From sequence record PQ330092.1: a stretch of 64,000 bases of DNA, one strand, 5' to 3'. Positions 1 to 9,329 of this stretch are shown here, piece after piece. The position numbers were made by a program, and so were the translations under genes. The notes beneath the pieces are model-generated. The model was given only the letters and a program-made list of their open reading frames with translations. It made no database searches and was not told where the DNA came from. Within the stretch, counting starts at the first letter, position 1. Each line of letters starts with the position of its first letter.

Positions 1-1
1 T

Positions 2-640
2 GCACAATTTAAGATGATGATAGCTAAAACAGTAGATGGTGTCATAACATCAAATCGTTTTTTATCATCTAGTTACATCCAACTTGGTGCAGCATATCAA
101 CATGGTGTTATTCCTGGTGTTGGTTTTGGATATTACAATTTTCAAGATTCTGACTATCAAACCAAATCTGTATTCAGCGTTTTTGGTACAACATCTGCTG
201 AAATGGATGGTTTAATTAGCGGAAATGGTAGCGTTAAAGAAAAGATTGTGGTAGTATCACAAGACGTTGCACAAGGATTCTCAGTGTACTTTACACGTGA
301 AGTTCCGGTGTTTTTAGGTGGAATTTTCGACAGACTACCTATACAAAGTGTTGATTTAAGTACTGTAAAAAGTAACCCAGCTAATACTACGTTCTATTTG
401 TATATACAAATGAACAGGAATACTAAGAAAGCGTCATATGTTATTAGTACTGAAACAATTGATGAATCTTTAACTAGCACTTACATTGGTAAGATAGTTA
501 CTGGAACTTCAGGAATAACTTCAATTGATACAGAAAAAGTAACTCGTTTTTTGACATATCGTCCAAGTACAACGAAACGTGGTTCAGCGATACCTGCCAG
601 TACTGGTGTACCATCAGGTCCAGGTACACGTTGGAAATAA
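2..640 (+). CDS. C-terminal part of a probable virion structural (baseplate/tail) protein; gene begins upstream of the window
   Basis: Frame is open from base 2 to TAA at 638-640; Thr/Ser/Gly-rich; ends at a terminator. Confidence 0.55.
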   Translation, partial: AQFKMMIAKTVDGVITSNRFLSSSYIQLGAAYQHGVIPGVGFGYYNFQDSDYQTKSVFSVFGTTSAEMDGLISGNGSVKEKIVVVSQDVAQGFSVYFTREVPVFLGGIFDRLPIQSVDLSTVKSNPANTTFYLYIQMNRNTKKASYVISTETIDESLTSTYIGKIVTGTSGITSIDTEKVTRFLTYRPSTTKRGSAIPASTGVPSGPGTRWK

Positions 641-644
641 ATTT

Positions 645-674
645 AAAGCTCGTCTATTGACGGGCTTTTCTTTT
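645..674 (+). terminator. Rho-independent terminator overlapping a sigma70 promoter
   Basis: aaagctcgtc-tatt-gacgggcttt stem followed by tctttt. Confidence 0.85.
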
Positions 675-685
675 ATGTGTATAAT
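657..685 (+). promoter_or_regulatory. sigma70-type early promoter
   Basis: TTGACG-17 nt-TATAAT with TG extension; AGGAGG SD before ATG 708. Confidence 0.85.
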
Positions 686-707
686 TGAATAAAAATAGGA
701 GGAAATT

Positions 708-1274
708 ATGGTCAAAACTTTATTACCACCACCAAAACGTCACAAAATCAAAGAAATGAAAGAACAACGTACATTAAAGATGTACAACAATTTAGTTAAG
801 TTACTGTGTAAAAGTCCATCGCTCAAAGCAGAGTTTAAAACTGATGATGACCGTAAAGCACTAATTGAGATGAAATATATGCTCAGTAAAATGTCCTTTT
901 ACAAATTTGTAAAAGAATACGCATCTGACCCATTTAGTCCTCGTTGGAGAGCCAAACCAAGAGAGTATTTTTACGGTGGTTCATATACAGATCGCATTCA
1001 AGACACAGTGATGGGAGTTGAATTTGAAATCGATTATGAGCCGAATGGTGAGGAAATCTTGCAGATTGAGAAACGTTTACCAAGTGAAGAAGAAATTTAT
1101 GTTTATGCAAGAAAACTTTCAACTTACAGTTCAAGAATTACTCTAGGCAATTTAGATTCATTAATTATTTTCTATACACGTGTTGGTGTAGATAAGATGG
1201 TAACTAAACTCAATGAACTTTCATTACAACAAAAACAGATTAATGCATACAAAGACATTACTGATTTATACTAA
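708..1274 (+). CDS. hypothetical protein, paralogue 1 of a tandem trio
   Basis: Strong SD; shares KS-L-K...D..R+.L++.KY.LSK motif with the next two ORFs. Confidence 0.8.
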   Translation: MVKTLLPPPKRHKIKEMKEQRTLKMYNNLVKLLCKSPSLKAEFKTDDDRKALIEMKYMLSKMSFYKFVKEYASDPFSPRWRAKPREYFYGGSYTDRIQDTVMGVEFEIDYEPNGEEILQIEKRLPSEEEIYVYARKLSTYSSRITLGNLDSLIIFYTRVGVDKMVTKLNELSLQQKQINAYKDITDLY

Positions 1275-1280
1275 TGAGGA

Positions 1281-1802
1281 ATGGATATGTTTTTTGGATC
1301 AGTTGGAAAACAAAACAGTACTTTAATTTGGCATGAAATTATCTTTAAAATTATATCTAAAAGCTACTCACTAAAGGATATTATCACCACAGATAATGAT
1401 AGACGTATCCTGTTAGATGCAAAATATAAATTGAGCAAACACCCTTTACTTTCTTTAATCATTGATTACGTTAATGATTATGAATCTAGTCGTTGGAAGT
1501 GGGAAGACGGCGGTTTATTTCGTGGAAAAACATTCTACGGTGCGGAACGATATGTTTTCAGTGATGCATCAAATGGCGTTAAGTTTGTTATTAGAAACTT
1601 TAACTCCAAAGAAAATGATTATCTTGAAAGTGGAGTGAAAGTATATATCGATAATAATAGCAATGTCCTAACATATGACGAATCACTAATTATGTTACAA
1701 ATAATGCGTGGTGTTGAAGGTGTAAGAAACAACCTTACTAAATTGAAAATCCAGCAAAATGATATACATAATAGACAGAAAATTAAGGGTTTATATAAAT
1801 GA
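1281..1802 (+). CDS. hypothetical protein, paralogue 2 of a tandem trio
   Basis: KSYSLKDIITTDNDRRILLDAKYKLSK motif. Confidence 0.8.
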   Translation: MDMFFGSVGKQNSTLIWHEIIFKIISKSYSLKDIITTDNDRRILLDAKYKLSKHPLLSLIIDYVNDYESSRWKWEDGGLFRGKTFYGAERYVFSDASNGVKFVIRNFNSKENDYLESGVKVYIDNNSNVLTYDESLIMLQIMRGVEGVRNNLTKLKIQQNDIHNRQKIKGLYK

Positions 1803-2308
1803 TTTCATTTTTCAAAAAGAAACAAAAAGTTGATGAAACAGGATTAGAATCGTTTCTATGGACTCTTATCATCAAAAAAAGTCCATTGATAAAAGAATAT
1901 GCTATCAATGATGCTAATAGAAAAACTATTATTGAATACAAATACGAATTATCAAAATGTGATCCAATCGTTTATCACTTTGCGAAGTACTGTTCAAAAA
2001 ATTTATCGGATATCACAATAGACCATGAGTCAGTTCCAATGAGCTTTCCTTATGGTGATTGGGTAGATACTTTTGATATTTTTGATGGGTCCAATGGATT
2101 CAGTTTCTTTTACTCGTCAAATAAAGCAAATGTTCGTATTAAAACAGAGATAGGTTGGGCACAGCATAGCTCAAATAAAGAAGATTATAATTTACTAGCT
2201 GACGTATACCGAAGTGTGAAGAATTCAAAGGATATTGATGAAAGAATTAAAAAGCAAAATCGTATTTCTTTATCACTTGAAACATACAAGTCAAAGTATG
2301 GTGGTTAA
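1799..2308 (+). CDS. hypothetical protein, paralogue 3 of a tandem trio
   Basis: KSPLIKEYAINDANRKTIIEYKYELSK motif; ATGA overlap with previous gene. Confidence 0.8.
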   Translation: MISFFKKKQKVDETGLESFLWTLIIKKSPLIKEYAINDANRKTIIEYKYELSKCDPIVYHFAKYCSKNLSDITIDHESVPMSFPYGDWVDTFDIFDGSNGFSFFYSSNKANVRIKTEIGWAQHSSNKEDYNLLADVYRSVKNSKDIDERIKKQNRISLSLETYKSKYGG

Positions 2309-2310
2309 CG

Positions 2311-2712
2311 ATGACTACAGTTGATGATATCTACAGCACTATACGCAATATGAGTACAGATAGAAAAGTATTTGGTGATAAAGAAAAATCTAAGTGTTAT
2401 GGTATTGATTCTTTTGATATAATTTCTTATGAGTACAACACGAGTGGAAATAGTTCACTGAATATCGTCTGCCCTCGTGACCCAGAAAATAATTTTATGT
2501 ATGTTGAAATTAATAATGATGGAATATTTTTTACAAAAGTTTTTAAAGGTGGAATTAATTACGAACCAATTGAATGTATGAATGAAGAAACTTTCTTTCA
2601 AGAAGATACAATTATCAATTTAGGTTTTAGTTTTGATGATTATAAAACATTAGAACATGACTTTAATCGTTATTATAACGGTTTCTTAAAGGAGTTAACA
2701 ATTTATCTATGA
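2311..2712 (+). CDS. hypothetical protein with EExFFQ-type C-terminal motif
   Basis: ORF track; NEETFFQEDTII motif shared with ORFs at 18.5-19.9 kb. Confidence 0.75.
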   Translation: MTTVDDIYSTIRNMSTDRKVFGDKEKSKCYGIDSFDIISYEYNTSGNSSLNIVCPRDPENNFMYVEINNDGIFFTKVFKGGINYEPIECMNEETFFQEDTIINLGFSFDDYKTLEHDFNRYYNGFLKELTIYL

Positions 2713-3941
2713 ATAACCAATATGTTGAACAAACAATAGTGAAACACTTGGCTGGGTCACAAGCCTACGGAACCAGTACACCTGAAAGTGATACTGATTA
2801 TCGTGGTATTTTTCTTGCTAATAAAGAATTTATTCTTACGCCATTCTATAAGGTCAAAGAAGTAGCTGATAAAAATGAAGAAGATACTAAATTCTATGAG
2901 TTAAATCAGTATTTAAAATTATACACTGAAGCCAACCCTAATATATTGGAATCACTATGGGTCGATCCAGAACACATTGTAGAAAGTACTGAGATTTATG
3001 ACTATCTTCGTTCATTTAACCAAAAACTTCTTAGTTCCAAGATTGCATTTTCATACACTGGATATGCATATAATCAGATTAAGCGTATGACAAATCATCA
3101 CGGTTGGATGGATAAAGAGCGTATTGCTGAAAAACGATTAAATGAGATTTTAGAAGAACACCCTGTCGATGAGGTTCTTGCGTGGATGTATGATTCATTC
3201 CCACAGTATCTTGTTGAACGTTTAGATACATCCAACTTACATCCATTTAATGCTAAAAAGATTGATTTTGAAAAATATATGCGTGATACGTCATTGCAGT
3301 TAGTTTCGAAAAATCCATTAAAGCAATATCATTTTGTAAGATTAGTGCATAACTACACTACTGAAAAAATTCTTGATCGTGATTTCAATTTATTGAATTT
3401 TAATAATGGTTATGAACTAATTCATTACGGAGAAAACATTTTTGCGATTATTAAAAATCCGAATGAAAGCACTATCAACGGTGATGGATCATTGCGTTAT
3501 TTTTCTAAAGAGCGTAGTACTGAAGAGTTGAAAACCAAACCAGAACTAATTGTCAAATTTAACGAAAAAGAATATCAGGAAAATAGTGAGAATAGGAAAA
3601 GTTATCATAAATGGAAAGAAAATCGTAATGCCAAACGTGCTATTTTAGAATCACAACACGGATACGATTGTAAACATGCTATGCACACAATCCGACTTTT
3701 GAATAGTGCAGAAGAAGCATTACAAAGTGGAATTATTCAAGTTAAACGACCAGATGCACAAATGTTGATGGATATTCGTAATGGTAAATGGAAGTATGAA
3801 GAAGTATTAGAATATTTCGATGATAAAGTACAATACATTCGTGATGTTCTATATAAGAAATCAGTACTTCCTAAAAAACCAAACATCAAGTTAGCATCAA
3901 AAATTATCATTGATATTAGAGAAATGCAATGGTATAAGTAA
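2709..3941 (+). CDS. pol-beta superfamily nucleotidyltransferase (RlaP/NrdC.11-like)
   Basis: AGSQAYGTSTPESDTDYRGIF (GS...DxD signature); C-terminal YDCKHAMHTIRLL helix typical of this family. Confidence 0.8.
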   Translation: MNNQYVEQTIVKHLAGSQAYGTSTPESDTDYRGIFLANKEFILTPFYKVKEVADKNEEDTKFYELNQYLKLYTEANPNILESLWVDPEHIVESTEIYDYLRSFNQKLLSSKIAFSYTGYAYNQIKRMTNHHGWMDKERIAEKRLNEILEEHPVDEVLAWMYDSFPQYLVERLDTSNLHPFNAKKIDFEKYMRDTSLQLVSKNPLKQYHFVRLVHNYTTEKILDRDFNLLNFNNGYELIHYGENIFAIIKNPNESTINGDGSLRYFSKERSTEELKTKPELIVKFNEKEYQENSENRKSYHKWKENRNAKRAILESQHGYDCKHAMHTIRLLNSAEEALQSGIIQVKRPDAQMLMDIRNGKWKYEEVLEYFDDKVQYIRDVLYKKSVLPKKPNIKLASKIIIDIREMQWYK

Positions 3942-3983
3942 CATATACAAGTGTAATGGTACTAAAAATGCCATTACACTCAA

Positions 3984-3989
3984 TAAATA
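3984..3989 (+). promoter_or_regulatory. T4-like late promoter core TAAATA (representative; also 7952, 11203, 23940, 25798, 28872, 29653, 32584, 54883; minus strand 44727, 52047, 54847, 60523)
   Basis: Recurs shortly upstream of structural and lysis gene starts; resembles the T4 gp55 TATAAATA -10. Confidence 0.7.
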
Positions 3990-4018
3990 CTCAATATAAA
4001 TTAACACAAGGATTAAGT

Positions 4019-4646
4019 ATGGCACAACAAATTTTCACAGATATCCACACTACCGGAGTTATTAAATTTCAAAATAATTTTTCAGGTGCAACTGGTGTAG
4101 ACATTAAAAATGATGGTTTTAACATTGTCAGTACTCGGATCTATTGATGGTGAAGATAGTTCTCTTAGTGATTCTGTGATTGCATCATTCGGAACTAATA
4201 AAAACAGTTCTTTTATTATATCTGGATGGACTGGAATGACTGATTCTGAAAATAATGTTAAGATAAAAGCTAAAGCTACTAACGAGAATCATGAAACAGA
4301 ATGGGTAACATTATATGATAGTGCAAGTAATAAGTTATATAATGTATTAAGTTCTAATAATATTTTAATTAATCCACTGTCGGGTAATGCTGTTTTTAAT
4401 ATTAATTTATCTGATAGAAATACTACTATTTCGATTGGTGCGGCTCCTACTGAAGTTTATTCAATTACCATCCTATTAACACAACAAACAGGTTCAAACC
4501 TAGTTAATTGGGGTTCTAATGTTAAATGGTCATATAACAGACCAGTTGTTCTTTCTTATGAAATTGGTGAAAAAGATATTATTTCATTAGAAACATATGA
4601 TAAAGGAGTTACATGGTACGGTGCATTAATTAGAGCAGGAGTATGA
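4019..4646 (+). CDS. virion structural protein split by a one-base frameshift near 4117-4120
   Basis: TAAATA at 3984, SD and ATG 4019; removing one T from ggtttta joins MAQQIF...IKNDG to LTLSVLGSIDG...; C-terminus resembles small fibre/baseplate domains. Confidence 0.6.
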
Positions 4647-4647
4647 T

Positions 4648-7437
4648 ATGTTAAACAATAATATTGATAATATTGTACAACTTCTTTATGGGCATCACAA
4701 ATTTATTGAAAGAAATACTGGTGATACAATAGACCCAACAGTACAACATTATGTGGTGAATAATCAGGGTGTTTTGGCGAACAACCGTCATTTTATTAAC
4801 TATTCTGCAATGGAAGGTCAACCAAACGGTGACGGGACAACAGAAGGTCAAAGTCTATTAATTTTAGGATACATTTATGCGTATCTGGCAACAAATGATC
4901 CAATGTTTTTAGATAAAGCCAAATGGTACTGGGATGCATATCATCAGTACTTTTATGCTGGACGTGAATTACCAGATCCACCTACACCACTACAATGTAA
5001 CTGGATAGTTAATGCCAAAGAACCTATATTGGCTAACTGGCCTTTAGCTGATGATGGATGGCCTACACATGGTGGTTTCAAGGGTGTAGAATTTACATTT
5101 ACAAATGGACAATGTAAAATACCACATGGTGCACCTTATTATGGTCAGTTCTTGGATAAAGTAACATTTGCATTCAAAGGTGCTTTAGCATGGAACCAAA
5201 TAAATGCGTCAGTAAAAGCATTATTACCAGATGGTAGTGTTGATTGGGATACACCAGGTGAACAATATGATGTTGACTGGATTATCGATTTCATGGGTAG
5301 AAAAATCGACTGGGATGGTAATATTTTAGCAGAAGGTTTTGACGAATCTGAAAAAGGAACTGTTCAATTAAAGAATACAACAATTAATGGTGTATATAAA
5401 TTAAATTTTGCAAATCGTCAACCAGTAGAATATGGTGGTGTGATAATTCAACGAAATGAAATGCAACACAACCGCCCACTTCATGTTCCAATTGATTTGG
5501 AATTTGCGGATAACGCATCAGATGCAGAATTGTGGTTTAGTGATGCTTCTTATTTGTTATATAAAATAACAAAAGAAAGAAAACATTATTTGGGTTGGAA
5601 ATGTTCACTACTAACGTGTTATGCTTATGGTGATATTGACTCCAGAGATAAATTTTTCAGACAAAGTACAATTGTAACCACACCATTCACTGATGGTATT
5701 TCCTATGAATATTTTTATCCAAGTGATGCTATTGCTAAGTTTGGTAGAAATTCTCTAGGATATATTACTATCAGGCAAGACCAAAGTGCACAAAGTACAA
5801 TGGAACAACAAGCTATTTGGTTCAGGGTCAATGCTGATTCTAAATTACTTGTAGACTATGGTGGTGTATGTGATGATGGTAAGCCGTTATCATTTAAACC
5901 AGTACTGGAATTGTCAAAAACAAAAAATGACCATGATGTTGTTCGTTATCGTTGTGGCTTACCGGAAAGTAAAGACCAAAATATCACACATTCATTAACA
6001 CCTTTAAGTGCATTTGTTAGAGAAAAGAAAGCAGATGGTTCCCCTTATATAATTGCTGATAGTAGAATTGTTGTTCCTTATGGTGCAGCTACGTCCGAAA
6101 TGATATATAGTACTGATATATTAGTTACACGCCGCGATACCATTAATCAGTTAGTTTGTGGTGAAGATGATGGTGCTGTTATTGGATTTTGGCTATTAGC
6201 AACAAATAAGTCTGAAGTTAAATCTTTTACCTATCGTTCATATGAAGATGATTACAATATAAGAATTGTAGATGATAATGGTTGGAGATGGTGGTGGATG
6301 ATTCCTGCAACACACGGGGAATGGACTACAATCACACTAAGTCCCGATACATTACGTTTATCTGGGTATCAGCCAAATCATCCAAGTTCTGACCCAAGAC
6401 CAGATGCACCAGTTTATAGTGAACTAGAAGATATTACTATTTTACCTGATACAACCCCAGTAGATGGTGTTGCTGCAATAATTGATTGGTATTGTATTAA
6501 TGACATTCCAGAATTATACACGGATGCTGACGGTGATGACTATACTATGACATTTTCAATAACAATTGCAGGTGAATCACCATATACTGCACAGTTAGGG
6601 GATTGTGTAATCAAAGATTATTTGTTAAACTCATTGCATTACACACCAGGAACAATACCATTTTCTAACATCACTGACCCGTATGCGAACCAGTATTCAG
6701 GATGGCGTGGTTTACCGTATCCAGGTTATCAATATCCTGTGATATATTGTTTTAAAGACCAGCCAGTAGATAACACACGCTTAGGAAACATGTTAAGCTT
6801 TATGAAAGATTCCCAAACATGGTTTACTCAACAATTCGGTACTGTTGGTCCGTGTGCACAAGCATATGTTTGGAACCGCTGGGATAACTTAAAATATGGT
6901 GAACCAGATACATTTACTATGCTACATTGGGGTGATCAAGCATGGAGTGGGTATGAACCACGTGCGTTCTTTGGGGCTGCCAGAGCATGGCAAGAACTCG
7001 CAGAGAGAGGAATTGAACCACCAGCAGATCTTGTTGAATTTTGTGAGAATTGGATTCACTTTTTAATTCAATTTCAAAAAGATAATGATGGTCGTTCACC
7101 AACAATCTTCAATAAAGATGGCACAGTTGAAGGTCCAGATTGGGACTTTACAGGTCATATGTGTGGGTTGTGGTTAGCTGGGGCTTGTGCTGCTGGATTG
7201 GCTGGATGTAAAATAGAAGGTCTAACAACACTCGCTGATAACTTAGTTCTCGAACTTCAAAAGAATTATGTTATTGTAAATCCAGGTTCACCAATGAATG
7301 GTTCATGGAGTCCAGCAGTTAGAGAAGGTACTGATAATGGTATGTTTTTTGGTTTCTGGGCAGGTGAGATTATGCGTGGATTGGGATTATACTCAATGTA
7401 CCGCTTAAACACACCAAATCGTTTCCGTGATTTATAA
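4648..7437 (+). CDS. large glycoside hydrolase family 8-like (alpha/alpha toroid) protein with inserted beta-rich regions; probably virion-associated
   Basis: TTEGQSL..G..YA.LA.ND and NASDAELW match BcsZ/GH8 motifs TSEGQSY and NSASDGDVW; lies in a late-promoter operon. Confidence 0.6.
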   Translation: MLNNNIDNIVQLLYGHHKFIERNTGDTIDPTVQHYVVNNQGVLANNRHFINYSAMEGQPNGDGTTEGQSLLILGYIYAYLATNDPMFLDKAKWYWDAYHQYFYAGRELPDPPTPLQCNWIVNAKEPILANWPLADDGWPTHGGFKGVEFTFTNGQCKIPHGAPYYGQFLDKVTFAFKGALAWNQINASVKALLPDGSVDWDTPGEQYDVDWIIDFMGRKIDWDGNILAEGFDESEKGTVQLKNTTINGVYKLNFANRQPVEYGGVIIQRNEMQHNRPLHVPIDLEFADNASDAELWFSDASYLLYKITKERKHYLGWKCSLLTCYAYGDIDSRDKFFRQSTIVTTPFTDGISYEYFYPSDAIAKFGRNSLGYITIRQDQSAQSTMEQQAIWFRVNADSKLLVDYGGVCDDGKPLSFKPVLELSKTKNDHDVVRYRCGLPESKDQNITHSLTPLSAFVREKKADGSPYIIADSRIVVPYGAATSEMIYSTDILVTRRDTINQLVCGEDDGAVIGFWLLATNKSEVKSFTYRSYEDDYNIRIVDDNGWRWWWMIPATHGEWTTITLSPDTLRLSGYQPNHPSSDPRPDAPVYSELEDITILPDTTPVDGVAAIIDWYCINDIPELYTDADGDDYTMTFSITIAGESPYTAQLGDCVIKDYLLNSLHYTPGTIPFSNITDPYANQYSGWRGLPYPGYQYPVIYCFKDQPVDNTRLGNMLSFMKDSQTWFTQQFGTVGPCAQAYVWNRWDNLKYGEPDTFTMLHWGDQAWSGYEPRAFFGAARAWQELAERGIEPPADLVEFCENWIHFLIQFQKDNDGRSPTIFNKDGTVEGPDWDFTGHMCGLWLAGACAAGLAGCKIEGLTTLADNLVLELQKNYVIVNPGSPMNGSWSPAVREGTDNGMFFGFWAGEIMRGLGLYSMYRLNTPNRFRDL

Positions 7438-7438
7438 C

Positions 7439-7467
7439 TTGACATAGAAAAAGTAATTATGTATAAT
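7439..7467 (+). promoter_or_regulatory. sigma70-type promoter
   Basis: TTGACA-17 nt-TATAAT with TG extension. Confidence 0.85.
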
Positions 7468-7468
7468 C

Positions 7469-7498
7469 AGAGAACTTCATATGGAGTTCTCTTTTTTT
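7469..7498 (+). terminator. Rho-independent terminator for the upstream late operon
   Basis: agagaacttc-atat-ggagttctct then T6. Confidence 0.8.
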
Positions 7499-7511
7499 AT
7501 AAGGTGATAAA

Positions 7512-7931
7512 ATGTTAAATGAACGTATTAAAAATGCACTACATGTATTGAACCAAGAAGTAAATTCTATTGATAAAAGTACTGACCGTTATAAAGTAAT
7601 GCATGAAATCAAACAAGAATTGGAATCTATTAATAAGGGAGAATGGTGGTATCTTCAGCCCGAATATCAAACTCGTGAATTAAACGATGTTGAAAAAGAA
7701 ATTGTCAAATTCATCACTACTCGTTACTGTGATACATCAGAGAATGATGTATCAGCGAACTTCAATCTTACTAAATTGGAAGTCGAAGAAAAATTCAATT
7801 TTGATTGGCTTGATTGGCTTGAAATGGTCATGGAACTAGAAGAAAAATTCAATGTTGAAGTTGATGAAAAGTTCGAGAATAATGAAACTAAGCTGTATGA
7901 ACTAGCAGAACATATTCAAAAAATGCTGTAA
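7512..7931 (+). CDS. acyl-carrier-protein-like protein lacking the phosphopantetheine serine, with an N-terminal extension
   Basis: C-terminal 80 aa align by eye with AcpP: DWLDWLEMVMELEEKFNVEV vs [20 protein letters not shown]. Confidence 0.7.
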   Translation: MLNERIKNALHVLNQEVNSIDKSTDRYKVMHEIKQELESINKGEWWYLQPEYQTRELNDVEKEIVKFITTRYCDTSENDVSANFNLTKLEVEEKFNFDWLDWLEMVMELEEKFNVEVDEKFENNETKLYELAEHIQKML

Positions 7932-7984
7932 ACCTATACAATTGTATACTCTAAATAATATCATCAACTATAGGAGATATTATT

Positions 7985-8359
7985 ATGAGTATGTTAGAAA
8001 TAATTGTTTCAAAAATTCTGATTCCATTTTGGAAACCAATTTCTTTTGTATTATTGATTGGCGGTTCAGCTTATGCTGGTTGGGAAGCTAATACTTATTA
8101 CAGTGGCTATCAACAAAGCATAGAGCAACAAATAGCTAAAAAAGTTGATACCGCCTTGGATAAAATGCAACAAGAAAATGCAAAAAATTACCTTGAAACG
8201 AAAAAAATCATGGAAGATAATGCTAAAGTTATTGAAACAAAGGTTCCTTTTATTGTAGAACGTGAAGTTTATAAGAATGTATGTTTAGATGAAGATGGTG
8301 TAAAAGTACTGAATGAACTAAAACAAAATTCTCAAGCTGCGAGGAATAAATTCAAATGA
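7985..8359 (+). CDS. inner-membrane spanin (Rz-like)
   Basis: N-terminal TM helix, coiled-coil, C-terminal Cys; TAAATA at 7952; directly followed by a lipoprotein. Confidence 0.75.
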   Translation: MSMLEIIVSKILIPFWKPISFVLLIGGSAYAGWEANTYYSGYQQSIEQQIAKKVDTALDKMQQENAKNYLETKKIMEDNAKVIETKVPFIVEREVYKNVCLDEDGVKVLNELKQNSQAARNKFK

Positions 8360-8664
8360 AAAAATTATTAGTTCCGTTTATTTCTTTTTTAATTATAAGT
8401 GGATGTGCCGAACAAGTAAAACTACAATCCCCTGCACCAATTAAACAAGAAATTCTGTTAGAAAGATGTGATGATGATACACCTCTACCACAAAAAATTA
8501 TGATTGACAAAAATGGTTTTAAAGGTTATGATGGTGCAGAAATTCTTAAAGTACTTACTCGTTGGGATGCAGTCTACAATGAATGTGCTTTAAAACACGA
8601 CGCATTGATTAAAACTATTCGTGATTTACAAGGTAAAGATATTAAAATCAATATCAAGGAATAA
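8356..8664 (+). CDS. outer-membrane lipoprotein spanin (Rz1-like)
   Basis: Signal peptide with lipobox ISGC; Pro-rich; 4-nt overlap with i-spanin. Confidence 0.75.
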   Translation: MKKLLVPFISFLIISGCAEQVKLQSPAPIKQEILLERCDDDTPLPQKIMIDKNGFKGYDGAEILKVLTRWDAVYNECALKHDALIKTIRDLQGKDIKINIKE

Positions 8665-8665
8665 A

Positions 8666-9277
8666 ATGAACAAATATCATGTTTACTATACGACAAAATT
8701 ATCACTTCTTGAAGAATTAAATCAACGAAGTACTAAGATGAAACGCTACACTTTAAATGGTATTACTTTTCGATATTTCCCACAAAAAGTTCTTACTTTT
8801 GTTAAGAATCCAAAATGCGTGGCATGTGGGATTGAAGCTACTGAAGTACGCATTGAACGTTCATTATGTTCTGATCCAGTATATGGTAAACCACATTTAA
8901 ATGTATATGCTGTATGTGGTCTTTATGAAGTTTTAATGACAGTTGACCATAATCATCTGGCATCTAAGGGTGGACCTGATTTAGAGTCAAACTTTAATAC
9001 TATGTGCTCCAGATGTAATCAACTACGTTCGAATAAAACTGAAACAGTTGATGAGTTTCTTGAGAAAGTTAAAGGTCGTAATCTTCTCCAAGAACATATG
9101 AATAATTTCTTTAATGTACAAAAAAAGAAAAATAACATTGACAAGTCGAAACTACTAGAAGAACGTAGGTTACGTCAAGAATTATGGGAAACTGATCATC
9201 TATGGCATGTTCGAGAGTTTGGTCGTCATATGAAAGCTTTGAAAAAAGAACAGAAGAAATTGAATAAACATGATTGA
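8666..9277 (+). CDS. HNH endonuclease
   Basis: CVACG ... TVDHNHLASKGG..N...MCSRCNQLRSNK; start placed at ATG 8666 after AAGGA. Confidence 0.8.
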   Translation: MNKYHVYYTTKLSLLEELNQRSTKMKRYTLNGITFRYFPQKVLTFVKNPKCVACGIEATEVRIERSLCSDPVYGKPHLNVYAVCGLYEVLMTVDHNHLASKGGPDLESNFNTMCSRCNQLRSNKTETVDEFLEKVKGRNLLQEHMNNFFNVQKKKNNIDKSKLLEERRLRQELWETDHLWHVREFGRHMKALKKEQKKLNKHD

Positions 9278-9288
9278 TATGATATTAT

Positions 9289-9318
9289 AGGGACTTGAGT
9301 ATTCAAGTCCTTTTTTTT
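9289..9318 (+). terminator. Rho-independent terminator
   Basis: gggacttga-gtat-tcaagtcct then T-run. Confidence 0.85.
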
Positions 9319-9329
9319 GGAGAAAATAA

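Noticed and set aside
8666-9277. HNH gene as a mobile intron or intein-associated element
   Set aside because: Free-standing between intact genes with no flanking intron structure; treated as an ordinary HNH nuclease
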